Part shown: in pieces, positions 26,901 through 34,154 of the stretch | Position numbering within the stretch: the first letter of the stretch is position 1 | Layout: the number at the start of each line of letters is the position of its first letter | Source: SAR202 cluster bacterium | GTDB lineage: Bacteria > Chloroflexota > Dehalococcoidia > Lucifugimonadales > UBA3495 | DNA: 64,000 nucleotides | Direction: 5' to 3' | Assembly: GCA_013204585.1 (NCBI GenBank) | Contig: JABMNL010000028.1 | Coordinates: 29,669-93,668, forward strand | Made by a program: the position numbers and the translations under genes | Notes under the pieces: generated by a model | Told to the model about the DNA's origin: nothing | Databases searched by the model: none | The model's input: the letters and a program-made list of their open reading frames with translations, nothing else

Positions 26901-28366
26901 ACGCGCTGATAGCCACCTGCGGATCCACTGAAGTCGATGTCCATAGTGGACCAATCGAGATTGTGTTGGCTGGCGATATCGTCGCAACGATTCCAACCGA
27001 CGGTGCAATCAAAGTAACCAAAGTCGACAGTAAAAAAGTCAATGTGAAGAACACCGACGATGACGAATTAATCGTAATTACTAGCAAAAAAGGAACAGTT
27101 GAGTTATTGGCGGGCACAGAAGTAATTGTGGTTGACGGCGAGGAATTGCCTTCCCCGACGGCCACTCCGATTGGCACGGCCACGCCGGTTCCGACACCTA
27201 CTCCAACAACTACGCCGTTCCCTACTGCTACACCAATTGCGGCGGCGGACACAGCAACTCCGGTGCCTGGTTCTACGGCTACGCCAGTTCCGGCTACCGC
27301 AACCCCGGTGCCACCGACGGCTACACCAGTTCCCGGTACGGCTACACCAGTTCCGGCTACGGCTACACCAGTTCCGGCTACGGCTACACCGGTTCCGGCT
27401 ACGGCCACACCAGTTCCGGCTACGGCCACGCCAGTTCCGGCTACGGCCACGCCAGTTCCGGCTACGGCCACGCCAGTTCCGGCTACAGCCACGCCAGTTC
27501 CGGCTACGGCTACGCCAGTTCCGGCTACGGCTACGGCGACCCCGACACCGTCGCCAAGCAGTTCGCTGGACTCGTCAAGTTGGACCTCGTTGGACCACAC
27601 GCCTAGCAATGTTACGGGTGGTGGCGCCCTAACCACCGATGGCACGAACATATTTGCGCTGAGGGGAGACGGTAAAGACGATTTCTGGCGTTACAGCGTA
27701 GCCAACGACTCGTGGAGTTCTCTAGCTAATACGCCGAGCAACGTTGATTCAGGCAGCGCCATGACCTACGCTGGCGGGTATATCTACACCCTACGGGGAG
27801 ACGGTAAAAACGATTTCTGGCGCTACAACATAAGCGCCAATTCCTGGCAGAACTTGGACGACGCCCCTGAAACAGTGGACTGGGGCGGCTCCCTAACCTA
27901 TGACGGATCGAACACAATCTATGCGTTCCGCGGCACGGGCACCAATGACTTCTGGAGTTACTCCATCTCCGCCGGAACGTGGAGCACGAAAGCAAACGCA
28001 CCGGCAAGTGTCAAAGCTGGAGGCGCACTTCTGTACGACAACGGGTTTGTCTACGCCCTACGTGGCGACAATAACCAGAACTTCTGGCGGTACACGGTAT
28101 CCAGCAATAGCTGGACATCAATGGCATCAACACCGTCAGACATCTACCAGGGAGGCTCGTTGGCCTACTTTGGCGATGGCTCAATCTACGTCTTACGTGG
28201 AGACCGTCAGGATGATTTCTGGCGTTACAGCATCAGTAGCAATAGTTTCACCACCCTATCGAACACTCCTGGCAATATCGACGACGGTGGTAGCATGATT
28301 GCCGTAAACGGCGCTCTGTACGCCCTTAGAGGCGACAACAAGAATGACTTCTACGGCCTTGAATAG
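23909..28366 (+). CDS. Giant pilus-associated protein: PilX-like N-terminal anchor, His/Asp-rich tracts, Pro/Thr repeat linker, C-terminal six-bladed Kelch-like propeller
   Basis: 1485-aa ORF with TTG start, the only start in the open frame from 23885. The N-terminal hydrophobic segment is SGAILPMAILSSLIGILVIVPVAV. H/D-rich tracts lie at 24701-25069, 25562-25640 and 26300-26360. There are about 12 ATPVPAT repeats and six ~45-aa repeats with GG...IY.LRGD...DFWRY...W. Confidence 0.8.
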   Translation: MKKLFTLIANSQSGAILPMAILSSLIGILVIVPVAVTVATTARSQGDLLDITNEAYLAEAGVAVVIEDLIRGADGDPPNPFNYVPPVVNIGGKVPYTTVESLKDDAAPTITSRRLLNYGKAGDPTVTVGTLSVDPDKDDHSYDHSYEGDGYGYDDDYEKKKYQYPFVFDVKGGGLADGTATAGVLPDGLSDVGIGYNADPQRVEFTIVSEIVAFDPTLTGEVQIDLQAWEESAQLEVYVYELDSDADDKAIGKLPDEPDETRVIDHDHDKKKSDHLHDALHDDHSENDATEGHVDHFGGDHHGHVAGIGGPHPHLTHNDHHYGQVVGDDDDDAHHSHHGYHEYEDDDLLHHHAATGDILLLHEEDHPHHKGHGHKHHKHEGDHYHHGSTDVTVTLSEGALEYLNQNKYVKIKVVATVYSDPEHHHLAHTNDDSQVEIKGNSFKHDHYHHWLRKDRPNFELHVGGVNFALVGPVTVDTRFMAGPIVLNRGSLVSGGPVDTKEDDLSYYIFESDDERVEFELTSNKFDLKNLDTLVVPFIVRTHQINLPGGDKYPHEHDHDYDGKHDDDGHDHKDDHKDVEVEIRVYNPNDPKADKYDGFSKIDRFKQKIEASYVDRYMAFEIGQDGIDYVNSLADKQVRVRFTFKGSKEFRVELDRLTFFATSTESRNTLLAEASHQYIDPATSDDNFKVVPAGSSYVLQLNNVRSGLMSVNWAFLPLPITGAKHKDKHNEISIKVFRGTVLDHGDVIPAGRYFGDPKDKDGNDLVEKAHIHPGHGETFVRTGLFEVQPGIYTIVFANDVDDHDYYDNDDDDRDGKYKGPPPSVYTKKFSDSGRTDSTWVFGSSYRDYLIQSKFGQVAVKTVVRQVPGPIAALPWTPEKASLSPHQVFVQSWHEPVGIAEIIVDKDSDYIWDTIDGAWEIDAFEKGTFVDESDITSKRFTDQHRKGTTYGQVVESGGLIVNVVDVNSDDLGVLITVTGRGTNQATLSVCGSTVYLTNGDALIATCGSTEVDVHSGPIEIVLAGDIVATIPTDGAIKVTKVDSKKVNVKNTDDDELIVITSKKGTVELLAGTEVIVVDGEELPSPTATPIGTATPVPTPTPTTTPFPTATPIAAADTATPVPGSTATPVPATATPVPPTATPVPGTATPVPATATPVPATATPVPATATPVPATATPVPATATPVPATATPVPATATPVPATATPVPATATATPTPSPSSSLDSSSWTSLDHTPSNVTGGGALTTDGTNIFALRGDGKDDFWRYSVANDSWSSLANTPSNVDSGSAMTYAGGYIYTLRGDGKNDFWRYNISANSWQNLDDAPETVDWGGSLTYDGSNTIYAFRGTGTNDFWSYSISAGTWSTKANAPASVKAGGALLYDNGFVYALRGDNNQNFWRYTVSSNSWTSMASTPSDIYQGGSLAYFGDGSIYVLRGDRQDDFWRYSISSNSFTTLSNTPGNIDDGGSMIAVNGALYALRGDNKNDFYGLE
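27270..27545 (+). repeat. Tandem 21-bp repeat array (ACGGCYACRCCAGTTCCGGCT) inside the giant gene
   Basis: About a dozen near-identical in-frame units encoding (T)ATPVPA. Units differ only at one or two synonymous or third positions. Confidence 0.9.
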
Positions 28367-28605
28367 AACCTCGTAGATTGGAAACTGAAATTAAAGGAAT
28401 TTTGACCTAGATGTGGAGCAGGACAGATAACGGAAAAGAAAAGCGGCTAACCGTGGTCGCTTTGCGTCTGTCGACGGAGATCCAACCAGAACACGCCCTG
28501 GCTGAAACAGGGGAACATGCTGACGGTGGGCCGTCGGAAAACGACGAAGATCAGATTGTTCCGGACACTCTTTCTGCCTGACACACATCACTGGTAACTA
28601 GTAAC

Positions 28606-28644
28606 AAAAATAATGGCGGGTTAAAACCCGCCATTATTTTTTAT
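28606..28644. terminator. Bidirectional rho-independent terminator
   Basis: AAAAATAATGGCGGG-TTAAAA-CCCGCCATTATTTTTT: a perfect 11-bp stem flanked by A- and T-runs, between convergent genes. Confidence 0.85.
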
Positions 28645-28690
28645 CTTCAATTATCTACAGGTATCTACAGGCAGACCGCCCGTAGGGAAA

Positions 28691-29569
28691 TCAGCTCGCC
28701 GACCACTTGTGGGGCAAGTCAGCCAACCTGCCGAAGCCTAATTCCTCGCACAAGTCTTGATATTTCTTGCGATTCACCCCAGCCCATTCCAGCGTTGCCA
28801 GGGAAGAGTCCAACAGCACGTTAGTCCGTAGCGTTGCTAGCTCTTTATACAGTTTGGCCTCAATAATATGCGCATTCAGGCTCTCAGAGGCTCCAGCGGC
28901 CCCTCTGACCTGGACATCCCATGCCGAAACGTCTTGAGGAATGTCCTCTAGGTGCCCGTAGCGGGCCAGCACCTGCGCCGATGTCTTAGCCCCCCATTTC
29001 GGCACTCCGGGGATTCCGTCAGCCGCATCCCCGGTTAGGGCCAGGAAATCTGGGATTGAACTGGGGGAAACTCCGAACTTCTCAACCACTCCAGCTTGGT
29101 TCATTATCTTTTCTCGGCGTCGGTCGTAGCAGACCACTGAATCGCCCACCACCATCTGGGCCAGGTCTTTATCCGGTGAGCAAATAATCACCTGCTCGAC
29201 CTCGGCAAGGTTACTACAGGTGATTGCAGCGGTGGCCAAGGCGTCGTCTGCCTCGAATTCAATCATCGGCCAGACCAGTATTCCCAGGGCGTCCACCGCG
29301 CGTTCTGCCAATTCAAACTGGCCGATGAGGTCCTCTGGTGTGCCTTCTCCAGTTTTGTAGCCAGAGAACATGTCGTTTCGGAAGGACCAAACAACGTGGT
29401 CGAAAGCACAGCCAATGTGTGTCACTTCTTCTTCCCGCAGCAGGAAAAGCAGACTCTGCACAATGCCGCGCACCGCTCCCACGGAGCGGCCATCGGGGGA
29501 CATGATTGGAGGGAGGGCGAAATAAGACCGGAAAAGCTCGTAGGTGCCATCCACCAGATAGACCTTCAT
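28691..29569 (-). CDS. 5'-3' exonuclease / flap endonuclease (Pol I N-terminal domain-like)
   Basis: Start chosen at MKVYLVDGTYELFRSYFA (29569). It has a PIN-like domain with acidic residues and an H3TH region (LTGDAADGIPGVPKWGAKTS). Confidence 0.8.
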   Translation of the reverse strand: MKVYLVDGTYELFRSYFALPPIMSPDGRSVGAVRGIVQSLLFLLREEEVTHIGCAFDHVVWSFRNDMFSGYKTGEGTPEDLIGQFELAERAVDALGILVWPMIEFEADDALATAAITCSNLAEVEQVIICSPDKDLAQMVVGDSVVCYDRRREKIMNQAGVVEKFGVSPSSIPDFLALTGDAADGIPGVPKWGAKTSAQVLARYGHLEDIPQDVSAWDVQVRGAAGASESLNAHIIEAKLYKELATLRTNVLLDSSLATLEWAGVNRKKYQDLCEELGFGRLADLPHKWSAS

Positions 29570-29640
29570 GTAAACCAACCAACGCTGGGTATTCTTTCCG
29601 TCAATGCCAATACGATTATCGCGGGGCGGAGCCACTAATC

Positions 29641-29685
29641 CCGGTTGCACTATTCCCGGTTGCACTATTCCCGGTTGCACTATTC
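29641..29685. repeat. Tandem repeat, 15 bp x 3 (CCGGTTGCACTATTC)
   Basis: Three perfect copies overlap the stop codon of the substrate-binding protein gene and lie upstream of the exonuclease start. Confidence 0.9.
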
Positions 29686-31374
29686 AGTGAAGTAAACGTA
29701 GCGATACTTGGGAATCACCATTGGGAACGAGAAGTAATCGTTGACGAACGGCTTAACCAGGATAGAACCACCATTGGAATGCCACAACGGCACCCAGGCT
29801 GCATCATCAACGATTATCGATTCGGCCTCATTGTAAAGGCCGAACCTGGTAGCTTCATCCCGCTCGCCACGAGCGCGCTCCAACAAAAGGTCTACCTGGC
29901 CGTTAGAGTACTCCGATTGGTTATTATCGCTCCCGCTATGGAACAAGACATCCAAGAAGTTTTCTGGGTCTGGATAGTCTGCAATCCACCCGATACCGCC
30001 AAACATCTGGAACCTATTCTTATGCAGGTCCGAGAGGAATATTGCCCACTCAGTTTGTAGTATCGAAATTTCCACACCAAGATTCTCTTGCCACATAGAT
30101 AGTAAGGCTTCAACCGACGGGCTTACTGGAGCGCCAAATGAACCCGGCACGGTCAAGGTGATTCGGGGCATCTCGGCACCGGACCCGTATTTGGATTCTG
30201 CGATTAACTGGCGAGCCTTGTCCGGGTTGTACTCATACCCCTTCAGGTCGGGATTAAAGCCAGGGAAACCAGGCGGCAGAATACCAGTCGCCGGAATCAC
30301 CAAATCTTGAAGCAGGGCGGTCGCCAAGGTCTGTCGGTCTATGGCGTAGTTGAAGGCCTGCCTAACTTTGACATCGTCGAACGGCGGCTCGGTAGTGTTG
30401 AGCCCAAAGTAATCGACGTCGAACTGCGGCGGGGCCAACACTACATCGTCAGCGAGCGGATTTGACGGGTCATCGAATCCAGGCAACAACGCAAGCCCGA
30501 TTCCGGTGATGTGTATTTCGTCGTTTTCGTACATCAGCATGCTGTTGCCGCCGCTGAGCAAGAATTCAACCTCATCCAATTTCGCCGGCCCCAGGTGGTA
30601 GTCTTCAAACCTGGTCAGGCGCAAAACTTCGCCTGGAGTGTATTCGGCCAGCCGGAAAGGCCCAGTACCGTTCGGCTTTAGTATCCAATTGCGGCCAGAT
30701 TCCACATTCTGTTGATCCAAGACGAATGTGACCGGGTAGGTTAATTTGGAGATGAACGATACTCGGGGGGAGACGAGTTTGATGGTCAACGTCCGGTCGT
30801 CGACGACTTGAACACCGGATATCTCAGTGGCCGCGCCTGCCAGCCTCTGGCTAACTCCCACAATGTCGCTCAGGAACACGCTGGCGTTGAACGACTCGGT
30901 TGCCGGGTCGGCTGCCCTCTCCAATGACCACTTCACGTCGCGGGCCGTTACGCCGCGCCCATCATGAAACTTGGCATTCGGCCGGAGTCGGAACGTAAAC
31001 GTAGTGCCGTCTTGGCTGACATCCCAGCCCTCGGCAAGGTCACCCACAATCGACAGGTCTTGGTTGATGGTCATCAGGCCGCCGAATATCTCAACCGCAT
31101 AGGTGGCAGAGTCCGTATCAGTGGTGAGATGTGGGTCCAAGGTCGGCGGTTCAGCTCCCAACCGGAGCAAGGTGCCTCCCTCAACTATCGTGCTTCCTGC
31201 AGAGCGAGTCCTAGGCGCACTGGCCAATCTTGGAGTTGGTGTGGGAGTTGCTCCAGATACAGACGTGGGCTCGGCAGTCGCGTTGGTCTCGCCAGTCGAG
31301 TCAGTGGTGGAGCCCGATGAACAAGCAACAGCCACCAAAAGAATCAAAGATATAAGTGCGAAAAGGGGTTTCAT
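29680..31374 (-). CDS. ABC transporter substrate-binding lipoprotein, family 5 (peptide/nickel type)
   Basis: Start chosen at MKPLFALISLILLVAVAC (lipobox). The body has typical SBP_bac_5 features (GGTLLRLG...PPTLDP, ...FHDG...TA.DVKWS). Confidence 0.8.
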   Translation of the reverse strand: MKPLFALISLILLVAVACSSGSTTDSTGETNATAEPTSVSGATPTPTPRLASAPRTRSAGSTIVEGGTLLRLGAEPPTLDPHLTTDTDSATYAVEIFGGLMTINQDLSIVGDLAEGWDVSQDGTTFTFRLRPNAKFHDGRGVTARDVKWSLERAADPATESFNASVFLSDIVGVSQRLAGAATEISGVQVVDDRTLTIKLVSPRVSFISKLTYPVTFVLDQQNVESGRNWILKPNGTGPFRLAEYTPGEVLRLTRFEDYHLGPAKLDEVEFLLSGGNSMLMYENDEIHITGIGLALLPGFDDPSNPLADDVVLAPPQFDVDYFGLNTTEPPFDDVKVRQAFNYAIDRQTLATALLQDLVIPATGILPPGFPGFNPDLKGYEYNPDKARQLIAESKYGSGAEMPRITLTVPGSFGAPVSPSVEALLSMWQENLGVEISILQTEWAIFLSDLHKNRFQMFGGIGWIADYPDPENFLDVLFHSGSDNNQSEYSNGQVDLLLERARGERDEATRFGLYNEAESIIVDDAAWVPLWHSNGGSILVKPFVNDYFSFPMVIPKYRYVYFTE

Positions 31375-31716
31375 CCTAGTCCTCGTAAAACGGGTTGTAG
31401 GGAACATTGCCCGCTGTATGCAGCCTTGAAACAATCCGGTAGTCGGCTGCTCTGCCAATTCGGCAATCCAGCCTTAATTCCCACTCTAATGAGGCCTCTA
31501 CCTAGAGTCAATGGAGTCTGGCTGTCCTCAGGAGCAAGTTTCCATCATTCACAATCATTCACAATTTCCGGCAGGCTTCTCGGCAGGTTGCTCGGCAGGT
31601 TTTTAAAAATGAGCCGGGCTGACTAGACCACCGATTAGCTATACTAGTTAATAATAAAATACGAGCTAAATTCGACATCGGATTGTCTCTACTTTGACTA
31701 TCAACGACCATCAACC

Positions 31717-32682
31717 ATGCGAAACACCAATAACAATCAAGAATCCAACGGCGCTTCCAACAAAGAAGTGGTGTGCTTTGGCGTGCTGAGTTACCTGCAA
31801 TTGATGGTCGTGGACCAAGCGCCCGTCTACAACGGTGGAACACAGATTCAGCAGTTAACCGACTCCTACGGCGACGACGCGGCCATCGTGGCCGACATGC
31901 TCCACCAGTTCGGCCAGCGAACAAAGTTCATCCCCTCTGCCATCGGCGACGACGAACTAGGGAGAAAGGTTGCTGCCACCATCAAACAATTGGGCGTGCC
32001 AACCCAGGTCATCGTTAAACCGGGCGTCGCAACCGTGGCTGAGCTGTCAATCGCTGACCCCAGCGGAGGGCGCACTTATTTCTACCAGCGCACACCCGAT
32101 TTGTTGGACACACTGGACGAAGCAGACCTGACATCATTGGAGAACGCGGCCTACCTGTACGTAGACTGGTATGACGGCGACCACATTCTTCGTCCCATGA
32201 AAGCGGCCTCCCAACTGGGAGTGCCCGTGTTCGTAAACATCGAGTCTCAATACCGCAACCAGGGGTTGTTAGCGAAGCTTGCGCCACACGCGACCATGTG
32301 CCAGGTTTCACTGGATGATTCGGGCGATGAACCAGAAATTTCAGAAGACATGGCAACTATCGCCGCCAGCTTGCTGGATGCCGGGTTCAAGGTTGCGGTG
32401 GTCACCGGCGGTAGCCGTGGCTCGGTGGCCGCAGACGCCAGCCAAACCATTCGGGTCGCCGCTCCGCAGGTAGCGGTCGTGGACGGCACTGGGGCTGGTT
32501 CCTGTTTCTCAGCGGGGATGATTTACGGGCAAATACGGGGATGGACGTTGGAGCAATGCGCGCGCTTCGCCACGGCCCAAGCCAGCTTGAAATGCAGCAC
32601 CCCAGGCTTCAAAGTGCCATCGGTGGCTCAGGGTGAACAATTATCCGCAACATTAAACGTAGAGATAACGTCCCGCCCCTAA
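31717..32682 (+). CDS. PfkB-family carbohydrate/nucleoside kinase
   Basis: 321-aa ORF with the C-terminal ATP/anion-hole motif VVDGTGAGSCFSAGMIYG. Substrate is unknown. Confidence 0.7.
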   Translation: MRNTNNNQESNGASNKEVVCFGVLSYLQLMVVDQAPVYNGGTQIQQLTDSYGDDAAIVADMLHQFGQRTKFIPSAIGDDELGRKVAATIKQLGVPTQVIVKPGVATVAELSIADPSGGRTYFYQRTPDLLDTLDEADLTSLENAAYLYVDWYDGDHILRPMKAASQLGVPVFVNIESQYRNQGLLAKLAPHATMCQVSLDDSGDEPEISEDMATIAASLLDAGFKVAVVTGGSRGSVAADASQTIRVAAPQVAVVDGTGAGSCFSAGMIYGQIRGWTLEQCARFATAQASLKCSTPGFKVPSVAQGEQLSATLNVEITSRP

Positions 32683-32697
32683 GTCTTGGGAAAACAC

Positions 32698-32739
32698 AAA
32701 CACCGCTGGTCTCAGAAAATCGAGACCAGCGGTGTTTTC
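32698..32739. terminator. Bidirectional rho-independent terminator
   Basis: AAACACCGCTGGTCTC-loop-GAGACCAGCGGTGTTTT, a perfect 14-bp stem between convergent genes. Confidence 0.85.
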
Positions 32740-32800
32740 AATTCCAACTACTTGTTACGGCTTAGTGGGTCTTGGCGCCACTGAACGCCGGGATAACCTC

Positions 32801-33943
32801 TTAGCCGAACAATTCGATGGATTCCATAACCTTTTCATGGGGTATGGTCTCCGTCTGCATGATCAGCATAACTTGGTCGACACCGATGTCTTCGTAGGTC
32901 TTGATGGTCTTGATACAGCTCTCGGGACTGCCAGCGATGATGACACCCCGGTCGGCTAGAACGTTGGCGTCCAACTCGGCCACGGCTGCACGGGCAGCGC
33001 TGGGACCCGAGTCTAGCGAGATACCCGCTTCCGCCGCTTGGGCTTTGTGCTCGTCGTCTGACTGACGCAACCAGCGGCCAAAGTCGGCCTTCAAGTTGTC
33101 GGGCACTCCGCCCCAGGCCTCCAAAAGCTCTTCATAGGCATTAATGCGGCCTTGAATGTAAGGCTTGTCCGGCCCGAAGAAGGCCTTCATGGAGTCCGCG
33201 CACAATTCCTTGGCGGCCTGGTCGTCCTTGCCGCAAAAAGAGTGGACGTTATTACCCCAGAACTCGTTAATTTCCGCGCCCACCGGGTCGGCGTCTTTAA
33301 TGGCGTCGCGGTAGACCTTGACGTGCTCTTTGAGGATGTCCACAGCGTACGAGGCTGACGACAGTACTCCGATACCTTTCTGAGCGGCCAAGCGGAAGCT
33401 CTCGGTCTGGGTGCAGGCCAAATACATTCGCGGGTGGGGCTTCTGGAAGGGCCTAGGCAGCACCTGCCGCTCAGGTACGTTCCAGAACTTGCCTTCCCAG
33501 GAAAATTTGTCGGACTGCCATATCTGGGGAAGCATGGACAGCGCTTCTTCCCAGCGGTCTCTGGTCTCCCGGGGGTCGATGCCCTGTCCGGTCTGCTCGT
33601 AGGCGTTGGACCGCCCGGTGCCAACCTCCACGCGACCATTGCTAAGTTGGTCAATCATTGCCACCCGTTCCGCCACGTGAATGGGGTGGTGAGCGGGCAA
33701 AATAGACACGCCAAATCCAAGGCGTATCTGTTTGGTTCGCTGGGTCAGGGCACCCAAAAAGACTTCAGAACAAGGCGATCCGGAGAAGCCCATCAAGAAA
33801 TGGTGCTCCACGAACCAGAGGTTGTTAAAGCCAACTTGGTCGGCCAATTCGCACTGGTCGAGGGTCTCGCGGTACAAGGCATTCCAATCTACTTCTACGC
33901 CGTCGAAGGGCCGTTGCATCTCAAACAAAAGTCCGAATTTCAT
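32801..33943 (-). CDS. LLM-class flavin-dependent oxidoreductase
   Basis: 380-aa ORF starting MKFGLLFEMQ..., with FNNLWFVEHHF and GRVEVGTGR motifs. Confidence 0.8.
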   Translation of the reverse strand: MKFGLLFEMQRPFDGVEVDWNALYRETLDQCELADQVGFNNLWFVEHHFLMGFSGSPCSEVFLGALTQRTKQIRLGFGVSILPAHHPIHVAERVAMIDQLSNGRVEVGTGRSNAYEQTGQGIDPRETRDRWEEALSMLPQIWQSDKFSWEGKFWNVPERQVLPRPFQKPHPRMYLACTQTESFRLAAQKGIGVLSSASYAVDILKEHVKVYRDAIKDADPVGAEINEFWGNNVHSFCGKDDQAAKELCADSMKAFFGPDKPYIQGRINAYEELLEAWGGVPDNLKADFGRWLRQSDDEHKAQAAEAGISLDSGPSAARAAVAELDANVLADRGVIIAGSPESCIKTIKTYEDIGVDQVMLIMQTETIPHEKVMESIELFG

Positions 33944-34154
33944 GTATTCGCTCCTTCAATATTGGTTTCAGGGGTTCGTAATCGCCAGGCTGCCTGGTCG
34001 AAATTACGGGGAGTATACCGCATTAGTCCGCCTGCGGGGACGGGCCGTTCCGCGGGCCGTTTCAATGAAAGTTGACGGCGGCTAGCCAACCCTGGATACT
34101 GGGCGTGATTTGAGGCCGTTGCCTCTAACATTTAATGACTAAATGGAGGGCAAA

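Noticed and set aside
27270-27545. Possible CRISPR array
   Set aside because: The 21-bp units are directly adjacent with no spacers, are in frame within a long ORF, and no cas genes are present.
26749-27651. 300-aa minus-strand ORF with (GTGVAVA)n repeats
   Set aside because: It is the antisense reading of the 21-bp tandem array and flanking sequence of the giant gene. It has no start context and its low-complexity translation is dictated by the repeat.
33434-34075. 213-aa plus-strand ORF (and 33732..34085)
   Set aside because: It is antisense to the LLM gene 32801-33943, with no family resemblance and no RBS.
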